DNA from: an uncultured Alphaproteobacteria bacterium
GTDB lineage: Bacteria; Pseudomonadota; Alphaproteobacteria; Rs-D84
DNA length: 64,000 bases
Assembly (NCBI GenBank): GCA_947175875.1
Contig: CAMWON010000005.1
Location: 4,893 to 68,892, forward strand
Direction of reading: 5' to 3'
The number at the start of each line of letters is the position of its first letter. Positions within the stretch are counted from its first letter, which is position 1. Shown here piece by piece: positions 29,354 to 38,471 of the stretch. The notes under the pieces were generated by a model, which saw only the letters and a program-made list of their open reading frames with translations, ran no database searches and had not been told where the DNA came from. A program made the position numbers and the translations under genes.

Positions 29354-29418
29354 ATTGCGGCGTATTTTCTTGTAAAAAACAGATTGCAAGTTTCTCTATA
29401 CTGGTGTACCATTGCCGC

Positions 29419-31209
29419 ATGAGTCAAAAAAATATCAGAAATTTCGCAATAGTCGCACATATTGATCACGGAAAGTCAACCTTATCAGACCGGTTGATTG
29501 AATTTACAGGCGGACTGCAGTCGCGCGAGATGAAGGCTCAGGTCCTGGACTCCATGGATATAGAGCGTGAACGCGGCATCACAATCAAGGCGCAGACGGT
29601 GCGTCTGGAATACAAGGCCAAAGACGGCCAAACATATCAGCTGAATTTAATGGATACGCCCGGACACGTCGACTTTTCGTACGAGGTGTCGCGTAGTTTG
29701 GCCGCGTGCGAAGGGGCGCTGGTGCTGGTTGATGCGACCCAGGGGGTTCAGGCGCAGACGTTGGCAAATGCATATCTGGCGCTGGACAATGATTTGGAAA
29801 TGCTGCCGGTGCTGAATAAAATCGATTTGCCGTCAAGTGATGTTGAGGCAGCGCGCGAACAGATTGCGGACGTTATCGGTTTGGATGCGTCGGATGCGCT
29901 TGGGGTGTCCGGAAAGACGGGCGCCGGCGTACCGGAATTGTTAGAGGAAATTGTTCAAAAGTTGCCCAGTCCCCGTGGTGACGAGAATGCGCCGACGCGC
30001 GCGCTGTTGGTGGATTCGTGGTACGATTCGTATCTGGGGGTCGTGATATTGGTGCGCGTGGTTGACGGACGTCTGACACGTGGTCAAAAAATAAAATTTA
30101 TGGCGACCGGTGCAGAATACGTTATTGATAAAATCGGATATTTTACGCCAAAAATGGTCAATACGGACGAGCTGGCCACCGGTGAAATCGGATTTATTAT
30201 CACGGGCATGAAAACGATTCACGACTGCAAGGTCGGCGACACGATTCTGGATGCGCGCGGTGGTGGCGATGCGTTGCCGGGATTTAAGCCGTCGGTGCCG
30301 GTTGTGTTTTCATCGTTCTTTCCGGTAGAGGCGGACGATTATCCCGCATTGCGTGAAAGCGCGGAAAAGTTGGCGCTGAACGATGCGTCGTTTATGTTCA
30401 CAACGGAAAAGTCGTCGGCGCTGGGATTTGGGTTGCGCTGTGGGTTCCTGGGGCTGCTGCATATGGAGATTATCAGCGAAAGATTGTCGCGTGAATTTAA
30501 TCTGACACTGATTAACACCGTGCCCAGCGTGCTGTATAAATTATATTTGCGCAATGGCGAGATTGTTGATTTGGAAAATCCCGCGGATATGCCGGAGCTG
30601 ACAAAAATCGAAAGAATAGAAGAGCCGTGGGTTCGCGCCACAATCATGATGCCAGACAAGTACATGGGCGGTATCATGGCGCTGTGTTCCGAACGTCGCG
30701 GAATTCAGGAAAATATTTCATATGTCGGAAATCGCGCGGTGTTGGTATATCAGTTGCCATTGGCGGAAATCGTGTTCGACTTTTATGATCGCGTAAAATC
30801 CATATCATCGGGGTATGCGTCGTTTGATTATGTTCTGCAGGGGTACCAGGCGTCCGATTTGGTAAAGGTATCAATTTTGGTAAACGACGACAATGTAGAG
30901 CCTTTGTCGTTTATGTGCCATCGCAGTTTTGCGGAGAAGCGCGGTCGCCAGATTGTGGAAAAATTGAAAGACTTGATTCCGCGGCATCAGTTCAAGATTC
31001 CGTTGCAGGCGGCAATCGGTGGGAAAATTATCGCGAGAGAGACTATTGCGGCATATCGCAAAGACGTGACTGCAAAATGTTATGGCGGGGATATAACACG
31101 CAAGCGCAAACTGCTGGAAAAACAGAAAGAAGGCAAAAAGCGCATGCGCACATTCGGCAGCGTTGAAATTCCGCAAAGCGCCTTTATCAACGCATTAAAA
31201 GTAAGCTAA
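29419..31209 (+). CDS. lepA: Elongation factor 4
   Basis: [47 protein letters not shown]. Confidence 0.97.
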   Translation: MSQKNIRNFAIVAHIDHGKSTLSDRLIEFTGGLQSREMKAQVLDSMDIERERGITIKAQTVRLEYKAKDGQTYQLNLMDTPGHVDFSYEVSRSLAACEGALVLVDATQGVQAQTLANAYLALDNDLEMLPVLNKIDLPSSDVEAAREQIADVIGLDASDALGVSGKTGAGVPELLEEIVQKLPSPRGDENAPTRALLVDSWYDSYLGVVILVRVVDGRLTRGQKIKFMATGAEYVIDKIGYFTPKMVNTDELATGEIGFIITGMKTIHDCKVGDTILDARGGGDALPGFKPSVPVVFSSFFPVEADDYPALRESAEKLALNDASFMFTTEKSSALGFGLRCGFLGLLHMEIISERLSREFNLTLINTVPSVLYKLYLRNGEIVDLENPADMPELTKIERIEEPWVRATIMMPDKYMGGIMALCSERRGIQENISYVGNRAVLVYQLPLAEIVFDFYDRVKSISSGYASFDYVLQGYQASDLVKVSILVNDDNVEPLSFMCHRSFAEKRGRQIVEKLKDLIPRHQFKIPLQAAIGGKIIARETIAAYRKDVTAKCYGGDITRKRKLLEKQKEGKKRMRTFGSVEIPQSAFINALKVS

Positions 31210-31225
31210 GCAAAAGGGAAAAAAC

Positions 31226-31651
31226 ATGTTTGCGACAATTGTTCAAAAATGGAATGCGTTCAAGGCAGATTGGAAAGAATATCAAAGACTGCGCCGTGTG
31301 GCGGCGCGTGCCTGGCGCAAGCTGGACCGGGTTCGTGGTAAAATAACCGTGTTTTGTGGCAGGGACGGTGTCGCAAAGGAAAAGCGCTGTATCAAAACAA
31401 AATTTGTGGAAGTGCCGCACTTTAATCCGATGGATGATTTTGGCAACGGGCGGATGCCGGCGATTGTTGCAAGTAATAGCTATTGTCCGTATTTCCGCGG
31501 CAAAGAGTCGGATGCAGAGGTTGTGGAATGCGGCCAGACGGACTGTCCGTGTCATGCGACGAATTGTGAATATGCTAATGCCGCCAAAGAGTATGAGGCG
31601 GCGGCTGCGCGTCGTCGCTCTTTCTGGGGTGATAAATCGAAAACAAAATAA
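31226..31651 (+). CDS. Hypothetical protein with a Cys cluster
   Basis: RBS-like AAGGGA; 141 aa; co-oriented between lepA and the integrase-like gene. Confidence 0.6.
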   Translation: MFATIVQKWNAFKADWKEYQRLRRVAARAWRKLDRVRGKITVFCGRDGVAKEKRCIKTKFVEVPHFNPMDDFGNGRMPAIVASNSYCPYFRGKESDAEVVECGQTDCPCHATNCEYANAAKEYEAAAARRRSFWGDKSKTK

Positions 31652-31669
31652 AACGTACGGGGGTACGCC

Positions 31670-32677
31670 GTGGCGCATCAGTTTTTCTTTAATCCATACA
31701 TTCTTGATAATCTGCCGGCGCCGAACAGTGGCTTTGACGTGGTTCAGGACATCTCTGAACCGCGTCTTCGTATGTATGTGACCAGTCGCGGTGCAAAAAC
31801 TTTTTTTGTACGCAAGCGTGTCGGCGGACGTGACCGCCGCATAATCATCGGCAATTATCCTGAGGTAGATATAGAGCAGGCACGCGACGCCGTCGCAACG
31901 GTTTTGGAAAATGCGGCGCAAAAGCCGCGCACGCGCCGTCGCAAAATCACCTTTGGCAAGATGATGGAAATGTATCTGGCGGCGCGCGTCCGCCGGACCG
32001 AGGACGGCATGGTAAAACTGCAGCGCGCCATAAAACGCCATCTGGCCGATTTGCAGGATAAAAATGTATGCGACATTTCCGCCGCTGATGTGCGCATGGT
32101 TATTGGCGCCATTGACGGGCCTGCAATTGCGCGCCGCATGCAGGAATTACTGCACAGCATTTTCAAATATGCAATCGAGACCGGGTACGCAAAGGAAAAT
32201 CCGGTGGCGGGAATGGATAAAATCGCACAAAAGCGTCGTGTGCGCCCATTGACGAAATCGGGGCTGGTTCGACTGATTGCGGCCATAGATTCCGAACCTT
32301 CGCCGGTGTTGCGTGCGGCGTTTTTAATGTTGATATACGGATTTGCACCAAAGAGCCAGGTGTTTTCCATGCGCTGGTCTGATTTGGATTTCAACCATTA
32401 CATGTGGGGTACGCGCCCGCTGTCCGATGCGGCGGTTGTATTGTTACAGGATTTGCCCCAGGACGGAAACTGGGTCTTTTCCGTGCGCGGTCGCATGCGT
32501 TTGACAGATCCGCGCGTCGCGTGGCGTCGTACGGCGACGGCCGCCGGTATTCCGAATCTGACGATGGACGATGTTTATAAATTCATGATGCGGCATTTGG
32601 TTTGGACGTCCGGAACCGAGGATTTGCGCGCAAACATGAATGACCTGATTGATGAAATAAACGGTCTAAACATATAA
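31670..32677 (+). CDS. P4-type tyrosine-integrase homologue with a degenerate active site
   Basis: Arm-binding domain (LRMYVTSRGAKTFFVRKR..IIGNYPEVDIEQAR), NPVAG, SMRWSDLDF; catalytic R, HxxR, H and Y not recognisable. Confidence 0.8.
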   Translation: MAHQFFFNPYILDNLPAPNSGFDVVQDISEPRLRMYVTSRGAKTFFVRKRVGGRDRRIIIGNYPEVDIEQARDAVATVLENAAQKPRTRRRKITFGKMMEMYLAARVRRTEDGMVKLQRAIKRHLADLQDKNVCDISAADVRMVIGAIDGPAIARRMQELLHSIFKYAIETGYAKENPVAGMDKIAQKRRVRPLTKSGLVRLIAAIDSEPSPVLRAAFLMLIYGFAPKSQVFSMRWSDLDFNHYMWGTRPLSDAAVVLLQDLPQDGNWVFSVRGRMRLTDPRVAWRRTATAAGIPNLTMDDVYKFMMRHLVWTSGTEDLRANMNDLIDEINGLNI

Positions 32678-32804
32678 ATTGCCTTTTGTCAAGTTTTGTT
32701 ATCGTTTGTTATAATTTCTTGACACCCATTGCATAAAATGATAGCTTTATGTTATGACACGCCCAAAGCAGGGCCACACATTTAACTGAAACAAAGGAAA
32801 AAAA

Positions 32805-33038
32805 ATGACAACTTTTGAAAAAGTAAAAAAAATCGTAGCTGATAAGCTGGGCGTTGACGAAGCAAAAGTCACCGAAACAGCTGCGTTCGTGAACGATTTG
32901 GGTGCTGATTCTTTGGACGTTGTTGAATTCGTTATGGAAGTTGAAAAAGAATTTGATATCACAATTCCTGACGAAGAAGCCGCGAAGTTGGCCACAGTTG
33001 GCGATGCGGTTAAATACATCGAATCCCACAAAAAATAA
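32805..33038 (+). CDS. acpP: Acyl carrier protein
   Basis: [11 protein letters not shown]. Confidence 0.97.
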   Translation: MTTFEKVKKIVADKLGVDEAKVTETAAFVNDLGADSLDVVEFVMEVEKEFDITIPDEEAAKLATVGDAVKYIESHKK

Positions 33039-33175
33039 TTTTTGTCAGGGTATTTTATCGTGAGATAACAAATCCGTCGCACATGTATTTTTGTCGGCGG
33101 ATTTTTTTCTGTATTTTGGGCGGCCAAAGGTTTATTATATGGCCATAGACAGACAAGTATAAAGGAATATAGAAA

Positions 33176-34429
33176 ATGAGAAGAGTCGTCATAACAGGCA
33201 TGGGTATTGTATCGCCGGTCGGAACCGGGATTGAACATGCGTGGAAAAATATTTTAGCGGGCAAGTCGGGTGTTCGTAAAATCGACACGTTTGATGCATC
33301 CGATTGCGCGTCCCAGATTGCGGGTCTGCCGGTTGTCGGTACGGAACCGGGGCAGTATAATCCGGACGCGGTTGTCGAACCGCGCGACCAGCGCAAGATG
33401 GACAAAGGCATCGTATACGGTGTTGTTGCCGCAGACGAGGCGATGCGTGACGCCGGACTGATTGATTATGCCGGCGATAAAGAACGCATGGGTGTTTCCA
33501 TTGGTATGGGAATTGGCGGTTTGAATACGATTTACGACAACTGTGTTGAATTGTACACCGGTGGTCCACGTCGTATCAGCCCGTTCTTTATCCCGAAATC
33601 CATCATCAACATGACAGCGGGGCACGTGTCCATTCGTTACGGACTGAAAGGGCCGAATTTGTCCGTTGTTACAGCGTGCGCGTCTGCGGCGCATTCAATT
33701 GGAGAGGCGGCCCGTTTGATTCAGCACGGTGATGCCGACATAATGCTGGCCGGCGGTGCCGAGGCGGCGGTTGGTAAAATCGGCGTGGCGGGATTTTCCG
33801 CGATGAAGGCGTTGTCCACGCGCAACGACGAACCGGAGAAGGCATCGCGTCCGTGGGACAAGGGACGTGACGGATTTGTCATGGCCGAAGGCGCAGGTAT
33901 CCTGGTTCTGGAGGAATATGAACATGCCAAGGCGCGCGGTGCAAAGATTTATGCCGAGGTTGCGGGATATGGCATGTCGGGCGACGCGTATCATATTACC
34001 GCACCAGCCGAAGGGGGCGAGGGCGGTTTGCGCGCGATGAAGGCGGCGATGAAAGACGCGGGTCTGACACCGGCGGATGTCGATTATGTAAACGCGCACG
34101 GTACATCGACGGGCCTGGGCGATATCGGCGAATTGACGGCGGTCAAAGAACTGTTTGGCGACCTGCCGGTATCCATGTCTTCGACAAAGTCCATGACGGG
34201 GCATCTGCTGGGTGCGGCCGGCGCGGTAGAGGCGATATTCTGTGCGTTGGCGATTCGTGACGGCGTGGCGCCGGCGACAATCAATCTGGACGACCCTGTT
34301 GACGAGGTCGGCAATTTCGACCTGGTGCCGAACAAGGCGAAAAAGCGCAAGCTGGACGTTGCAATCAGCAACAGTTTCGGTTTCGGCGGAACAAATGCCA
34401 GCTTGGTTTTGAAAAAAGTTGCAGAATAA
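33176..34429 (+). CDS. fabF: 3-oxoacyl-ACP synthase II
   Basis: VTACASAAH, NAHGTST, TGHLLGAAG, NSFGFGGTN. Confidence 0.96.
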   Translation: MRRVVITGMGIVSPVGTGIEHAWKNILAGKSGVRKIDTFDASDCASQIAGLPVVGTEPGQYNPDAVVEPRDQRKMDKGIVYGVVAADEAMRDAGLIDYAGDKERMGVSIGMGIGGLNTIYDNCVELYTGGPRRISPFFIPKSIINMTAGHVSIRYGLKGPNLSVVTACASAAHSIGEAARLIQHGDADIMLAGGAEAAVGKIGVAGFSAMKALSTRNDEPEKASRPWDKGRDGFVMAEGAGILVLEEYEHAKARGAKIYAEVAGYGMSGDAYHITAPAEGGEGGLRAMKAAMKDAGLTPADVDYVNAHGTSTGLGDIGELTAVKELFGDLPVSMSSTKSMTGHLLGAAGAVEAIFCALAIRDGVAPATINLDDPVDEVGNFDLVPNKAKKRKLDVAISNSFGFGGTNASLVLKKVAE

Positions 34430-34455
34430 AAAATCCCCCCGTTAGGGGGATTTTT
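34428..34455 (+). terminator. Intrinsic terminator
   Basis: AAAAATCCCCC-cgtta-GGGGGATTTTT. Confidence 0.8.
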
Positions 34456-34598
34456 ATTTAGTATAAACAGCCCTGTATAAATAAAAAACGGTGCCTATTC
34501 AAAAGGACCGTTTTCCTATATTGTTATTTTTTACAATTTTATCCCAGATTTTCGTTTCAAGTCAACTCAAAAAATCGCCGAAAAAAAACGGTGGTTTT

Positions 34599-35072
34599 AT
34601 GTTTAGAAAATTTGTCGGATTGATGGTTGTGGCGGGCTGTTGTTGGAATGGTGTCGCGCTGGGCGGGGTACAAGTGCAATGCTGTTACAGAATGAATTCG
34701 TCAACGGGTATATATGAAACCGTTACGGCGGAATCCTGTTTAAAATGCCCGAGCGGCTGTAATGATTTGTGCTTGGGCACAATAGATCCGCCGATAACCT
34801 TAGGTTGCGCCGATGAATGCAAAGGTATGACCAGCTGGGGGGATCCGCAAGGGTCGTTGCGCATATCTTCATATCAAACCCGTTGCGCGGGTGATTATTG
34901 TGAATACAGATGCAAGGCTGGATATTATGGAACGGGAAAAAATTGCAGTGTATGCCCATGGCCCGGAACGTCAGCGGTCGCATCAACAAAGGAGACGGAC
35001 TGTTATATAACCAGCGGTTCCGATGCCACGGGCAGTTTCGAATTTTCCGGCGGCAAGTGTTATTATAATTAA
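34599..35072 (+). CDS. Secreted Cys-rich family protein (no C4-like leader seen)
   Basis: Signal peptide; CEYRCKAGYYG..CSVCP..TDCYITSGSDATG..KCYYN. Confidence 0.8.
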   Translation: MFRKFVGLMVVAGCCWNGVALGGVQVQCCYRMNSSTGIYETVTAESCLKCPSGCNDLCLGTIDPPITLGCADECKGMTSWGDPQGSLRISSYQTRCAGDYCEYRCKAGYYGTGKNCSVCPWPGTSAVASTKETDCYITSGSDATGSFEFSGGKCYYN

Positions 35073-35095
35073 CAACGGGGCGTTTGCCCCGTTGT

Positions 35096-36775
35096 TTACT
35101 TTTCTTCCTTGTTAATCCCAAGCGTGTCTTTCACAGGTTCCACGATTGCGGTCTTTGCGCTGTCCAGTGTTCGTATCAGCGCGCGGCGTATTTTGCCGCT
35201 GATTGTCATGGGCAGACTGTCCACGAACTCTATCACGCGCGGGTGTTTGTACGCCGCGGTGCGACTGCGTACATGGTCCTGTAATTGGCGTACCAATATG
35301 TCGCCGGGCTGAAAATATTTGTTCAAAACAATTGTTGCCTTTACCGCCTGGCCGCGCGACGGGTCGGGAATGCCGGTGACGGCAACCTCGCGCACGGCCG
35401 GGTGCTCCAGCAGAACGCTTTCAACCTCGAACGGGCTGATGCGGTAACCGCTGCTTTTTATCAAATCGTCGTTGCGGCCCACGAACCAGAAATATCCGTC
35501 CGAATCGCGGTACGCCACGTCGCCGGTGTGGTAATACCCGTCACGGTAAACGGCCGCGGTTTGTTTTTCATTTTTATGATATCCCAGGAACAGACCGACC
35601 GGGCGATGCTCTTTTAAGCATACGCATATTTCGCCGACTGTTCCGTCGGGGACGGGGCGGCCGCGTTCGTCAAGCAGCTCCACATTCCAGCCCGCCGCCG
35701 GCATGCCCATGCTGCCGGGTTTGGGTTCAATCCATTCGTTGTTAAACAGCATTACGCATGTTTCTGTCTGGCCGAATCCTTCGCGCATTTTTATTCCCGT
35801 CGCGCGCAGGAATCTTTCATATACTTCCGGATTCAACGCCTCGCCCGCGATATCGGCCTTGGCCAGTGCCGACAGGTCGTATTTGCTTAAATCTGCATGC
35901 AGCAGCATTTTATACACCGTCGGCGGCGCGCAGAACGATGTCACGTGATTATCCGCAATCGCGGACAGCAGGTCGTGCGCGGTAAAGCGGCCTGAAAAGT
36001 CAAACACAAACACTGCGGCCCCGGCCAGCCACTGGCCGTACATTTTGCCCCAGCTGCATTTCGCCCATCCCGATTCGGACAATGTGAAATGAATGTCGCC
36101 GTCGCGCAGGCGCTGCCAGAATACGGCGGTGTTTATATGGCCCAAAGGATACGCAAAGTTATGCGCCACCATTTTCGGTAAATCCGTCGTGCCACTGGTG
36201 AAATACAGAACCATCGTGTCGCCGGTTTCATTCGGAACGCGCGTGAATGTCGTGGGACAGGACTCGATTCCCGCGGCAACGTCGGCGCACGGTATTAGCT
36301 GTATATCGTCGTCGCCGATGGCGCTCTTTATCTCGTTTACGATATATCCGTCGTCAAACGCGATGATATTTTTTACGTCCGCGGTCTGGATGCGGTATTT
36401 TATATCCTCGGCCTTTAGCTGATTCGTTGACGGAATTGGAATCGCCCCCAGCTTGTGCATGGCCAGCATTAAGATCCAGTATTCCCAGCGCCGGCGCATA
36501 AACAGCAGTACCGTGTCGCCTTTCTTTATTCCGCGCGCGGCCAGGAAATTTGCCGCGGCGTTTGATGCGCGCGCCAAATCGCGGAACGTGAACGTTTTTT
36601 TATGACCGCTGTCGTCATTCCATATAAGTGCCACTTTGTCCGGGCTTTCAATGGCCAGCGCGTCTATAACATCATATGCGAAATTAAAATTGTCGGGAAC
36701 GGTTGGGATTGCGTTCTCTTTATAGTCTTGATAACTGTCAAATTTTATTTTTGACAGAAATTTTAATGCAAACAT
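35096..36775 (-). CDS. Acyl/acetyl-CoA synthetase (AMP-binding, ACSM-like)
   Basis: YFTSGTT, GWAK..WGK.YGQW, EGFGQTE, YHTGD, IKSSGYRISPFEVES, TISGKIRR. Confidence 0.9.
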   Translation of the reverse strand: MFALKFLSKIKFDSYQDYKENAIPTVPDNFNFAYDVIDALAIESPDKVALIWNDDSGHKKTFTFRDLARASNAAANFLAARGIKKGDTVLLFMRRRWEYWILMLAMHKLGAIPIPSTNQLKAEDIKYRIQTADVKNIIAFDDGYIVNEIKSAIGDDDIQLIPCADVAAGIESCPTTFTRVPNETGDTMVLYFTSGTTDLPKMVAHNFAYPLGHINTAVFWQRLRDGDIHFTLSESGWAKCSWGKMYGQWLAGAAVFVFDFSGRFTAHDLLSAIADNHVTSFCAPPTVYKMLLHADLSKYDLSALAKADIAGEALNPEVYERFLRATGIKMREGFGQTETCVMLFNNEWIEPKPGSMGMPAAGWNVELLDERGRPVPDGTVGEICVCLKEHRPVGLFLGYHKNEKQTAAVYRDGYYHTGDVAYRDSDGYFWFVGRNDDLIKSSGYRISPFEVESVLLEHPAVREVAVTGIPDPSRGQAVKATIVLNKYFQPGDILVRQLQDHVRSRTAAYKHPRVIEFVDSLPMTISGKIRRALIRTLDSAKTAIVEPVKDTLGINKEEK

Positions 36776-36901
36776 ATTTATTCCTTCTTTTACACTTACA
36801 CTTACACTAAAATATGGTTCATAAAAGTTTAAATACAAGTGGAAAATAATAATAAAAATAGTTGCATTTTATAAAAAACAGGTGCATAATCGGCCCGTAA
36901 T

Positions 36902-36978
36902 CGGAGTGTAGCTCAGTCTGGTAGAGCGCTGCGTTCGGGTCGCAGAGGTCGTAGGTTCGAATCCTGTCACTCCGACCA
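36902..36978 (+). tRNA. tRNA-Pro(CGG)
   Basis: CGGAGTG acceptor stem, AGCTCAGTCTGGTAGAGC D-arm, CTGCG-TTCGGGT-CGCAG anticodon arm, GGTTCGAATCC, CCA end. Confidence 0.95.
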
Positions 36979-37149
36979 GGTTAAATAATAACGCCCCCAA
37001 GTCGGGGGCGTTATTATTTAATATTTTATGATGTTCAGGATTCGAACCTGCGGGGAAGTAGGTTCGAACCGCAGGCGAGAGGCAGACGGGAGTATGCCGG
37101 TCGCATAGCGACGAGCCAAGGTGACGAAGTAATCCTGTCACTCCGACCA
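36979..37149 (+). repeat. tRNA-linked repeat ending in a 19-bp copy of the tRNA 3' end
   Basis: AATCCTGTCACTCCGACCA occurs at 36960-36978 and 37131-37149; internal TTCGAACCT..AGGTTCGAA hairpin. Confidence 0.8.
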
Positions 37150-37246
37150 TATATTTAACCGCCCATTGTGGCGGTTGTTTTTTTCTTGATATTGTGTACG
37201 AGATTTATTCATTGTCTTTATAAATTTATTTTTTTATAATACCCAA

Positions 37247-37483
37247 GAATTCACAGGGATCTGAATTCAGGGACGTAAGAAATCCCATACAACATCGATG
37301 CAGTAATGCATTGAATCCGCACAATAGCGGCGCAAATGCGCCCGTTATTATATACCCCGCACTTAAACTGTCGGGGAGCCGTCGGCTATACCACAGGGCA
37401 TGCCCAAAGGCCGACGGGGTCATTATGTTGTATGATTTTCTTAACTCCCCGACTGCCAATTCCCTTGGCGGTCATTTGTTTTT
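37247..37483 (+). ncRNA. C4/CI-like antisense-RNA leader, copy B1
   Basis: Targets TAAGAAA (37276-82) and CATACAACAT (37286-95); complements ATGTTGTATG (37425-34) and TTTCTTA (37437-43); outer stem 37370-78/37445-53; TTGTCT-17-TATAAT promoter at 37212-37240. Confidence 0.8.
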
Positions 37484-37506
37484 ACCAAACAAAAAGGAGT
37501 TGGAAA

Positions 37507-38331
37507 TTGAAAAAAATCACCATAACATTAGCGGCGCTAATGGAAATAACCGGCACAGCCTATGGTGCCTGGGACACAAGTACGCGCATTGACGGCGTCC
37601 ACCTGTCAAGTTGCACATCAAAATATATTGATGTAAATGCAATAGAAAGCCTTAACTACGAAGATAACGCCTGGAAACTGGTTATGGGGCGCAAAAACGG
37701 CTGGGGAGGAAGTAGCTGTACTCTAACCATGACCGGTGAATGCAGTAAAGCGCTTATCGGTATAATGGGCAAGGAAGACTTTGATAGTGCCTCTATAGAT
37801 GGGACGCTAACCTCAAGTATATCCTGTGCATGCAATTCTAATAGTGATTGTGTAACGGGATTTAAATGCAGCCCAGCAGGCTCCGGCCAAAAATACGGCT
37901 TTTGCACACAAATTTCAAATTTTTGCACCACAGACAGCCAATGCGATAACGACAAAGGCTATGTATGTGTAAACAAAGCATGCACACAAAAGTGCACCAT
38001 AAACACAAAACCGGATGATACTGGTTGGGAAATAGCTGCGCGTGATACTTCTGATTATTATAACTTTCCGATGATTGAAAAAAGCTCTACCTATAAATGC
38101 TCTTCGGCCGGCAGATGGACCGGAACAACAGCTTACCGTTGCGCCGCACATTACTATGGCGCGCCGACATCTGCCAGCTCAAAATGCAGTCGCTGTCCGG
38201 ACTATCCGGGTCCGGCCGAAGCACCCGCAGGCTCGACAAAAATAACGGATTGCTATTATCCAAGAGGAACGGAATACAACGATTCCACAGGAGCTTTTAA
38301 AATTATCGGCGGCGACTGTCATCATGATTAA
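37507..38331 (+). CDS. Secreted Cys-rich family protein (274 aa, TTG start)
   Basis: AAGGAG RBS; signal peptide; YRCAAHYYG..CSRCP..ITDCYY..NDSTG..DCHHD. Confidence 0.82.
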   Translation: MKKITITLAALMEITGTAYGAWDTSTRIDGVHLSSCTSKYIDVNAIESLNYEDNAWKLVMGRKNGWGGSSCTLTMTGECSKALIGIMGKEDFDSASIDGTLTSSISCACNSNSDCVTGFKCSPAGSGQKYGFCTQISNFCTTDSQCDNDKGYVCVNKACTQKCTINTKPDDTGWEIAARDTSDYYNFPMIEKSSTYKCSSAGRWTGTTAYRCAAHYYGAPTSASSKCSRCPDYPGPAEAPAGSTKITDCYYPRGTEYNDSTGAFKIIGGDCHHD

Positions 38332-38371
38332 AAAATCCCCCGAATGGGGGGGATTTTTGTTCTGAAACAGC

Positions 38372-38427
38372 TTCGAATCCTGTCGCCTCGACCATTTATT
38401 TAACCGCCCATATGGGCGGTGTTTTTT
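38372..38427 (+). repeat. Degenerate tRNA 3'-end copy plus terminator, repeating 37131-37183
   Basis: TTCGAATCCTGTCGCCTCGACCA-TTTATTTAACCGCCCATATGGGCGGT versus AATCCTGTCACTCCGACCA-TATATTTAACCGCCCATTGTGGCGGT. Confidence 0.75.
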
Positions 38428-38471
38428 ATAGCGTTTGCAAAATTATTTTTATCTGCAATAATGCCCGGGTT

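Noticed and set aside
31670-32677. Active integrative element at lepA
   Set aside because: No att repeats or cargo were seen, and the catalytic motifs are degenerate
38372-38394. Second tRNA gene
   Set aside because: Only the T-arm and acceptor 3' half are present; no D-arm or anticodon arm lies upstream
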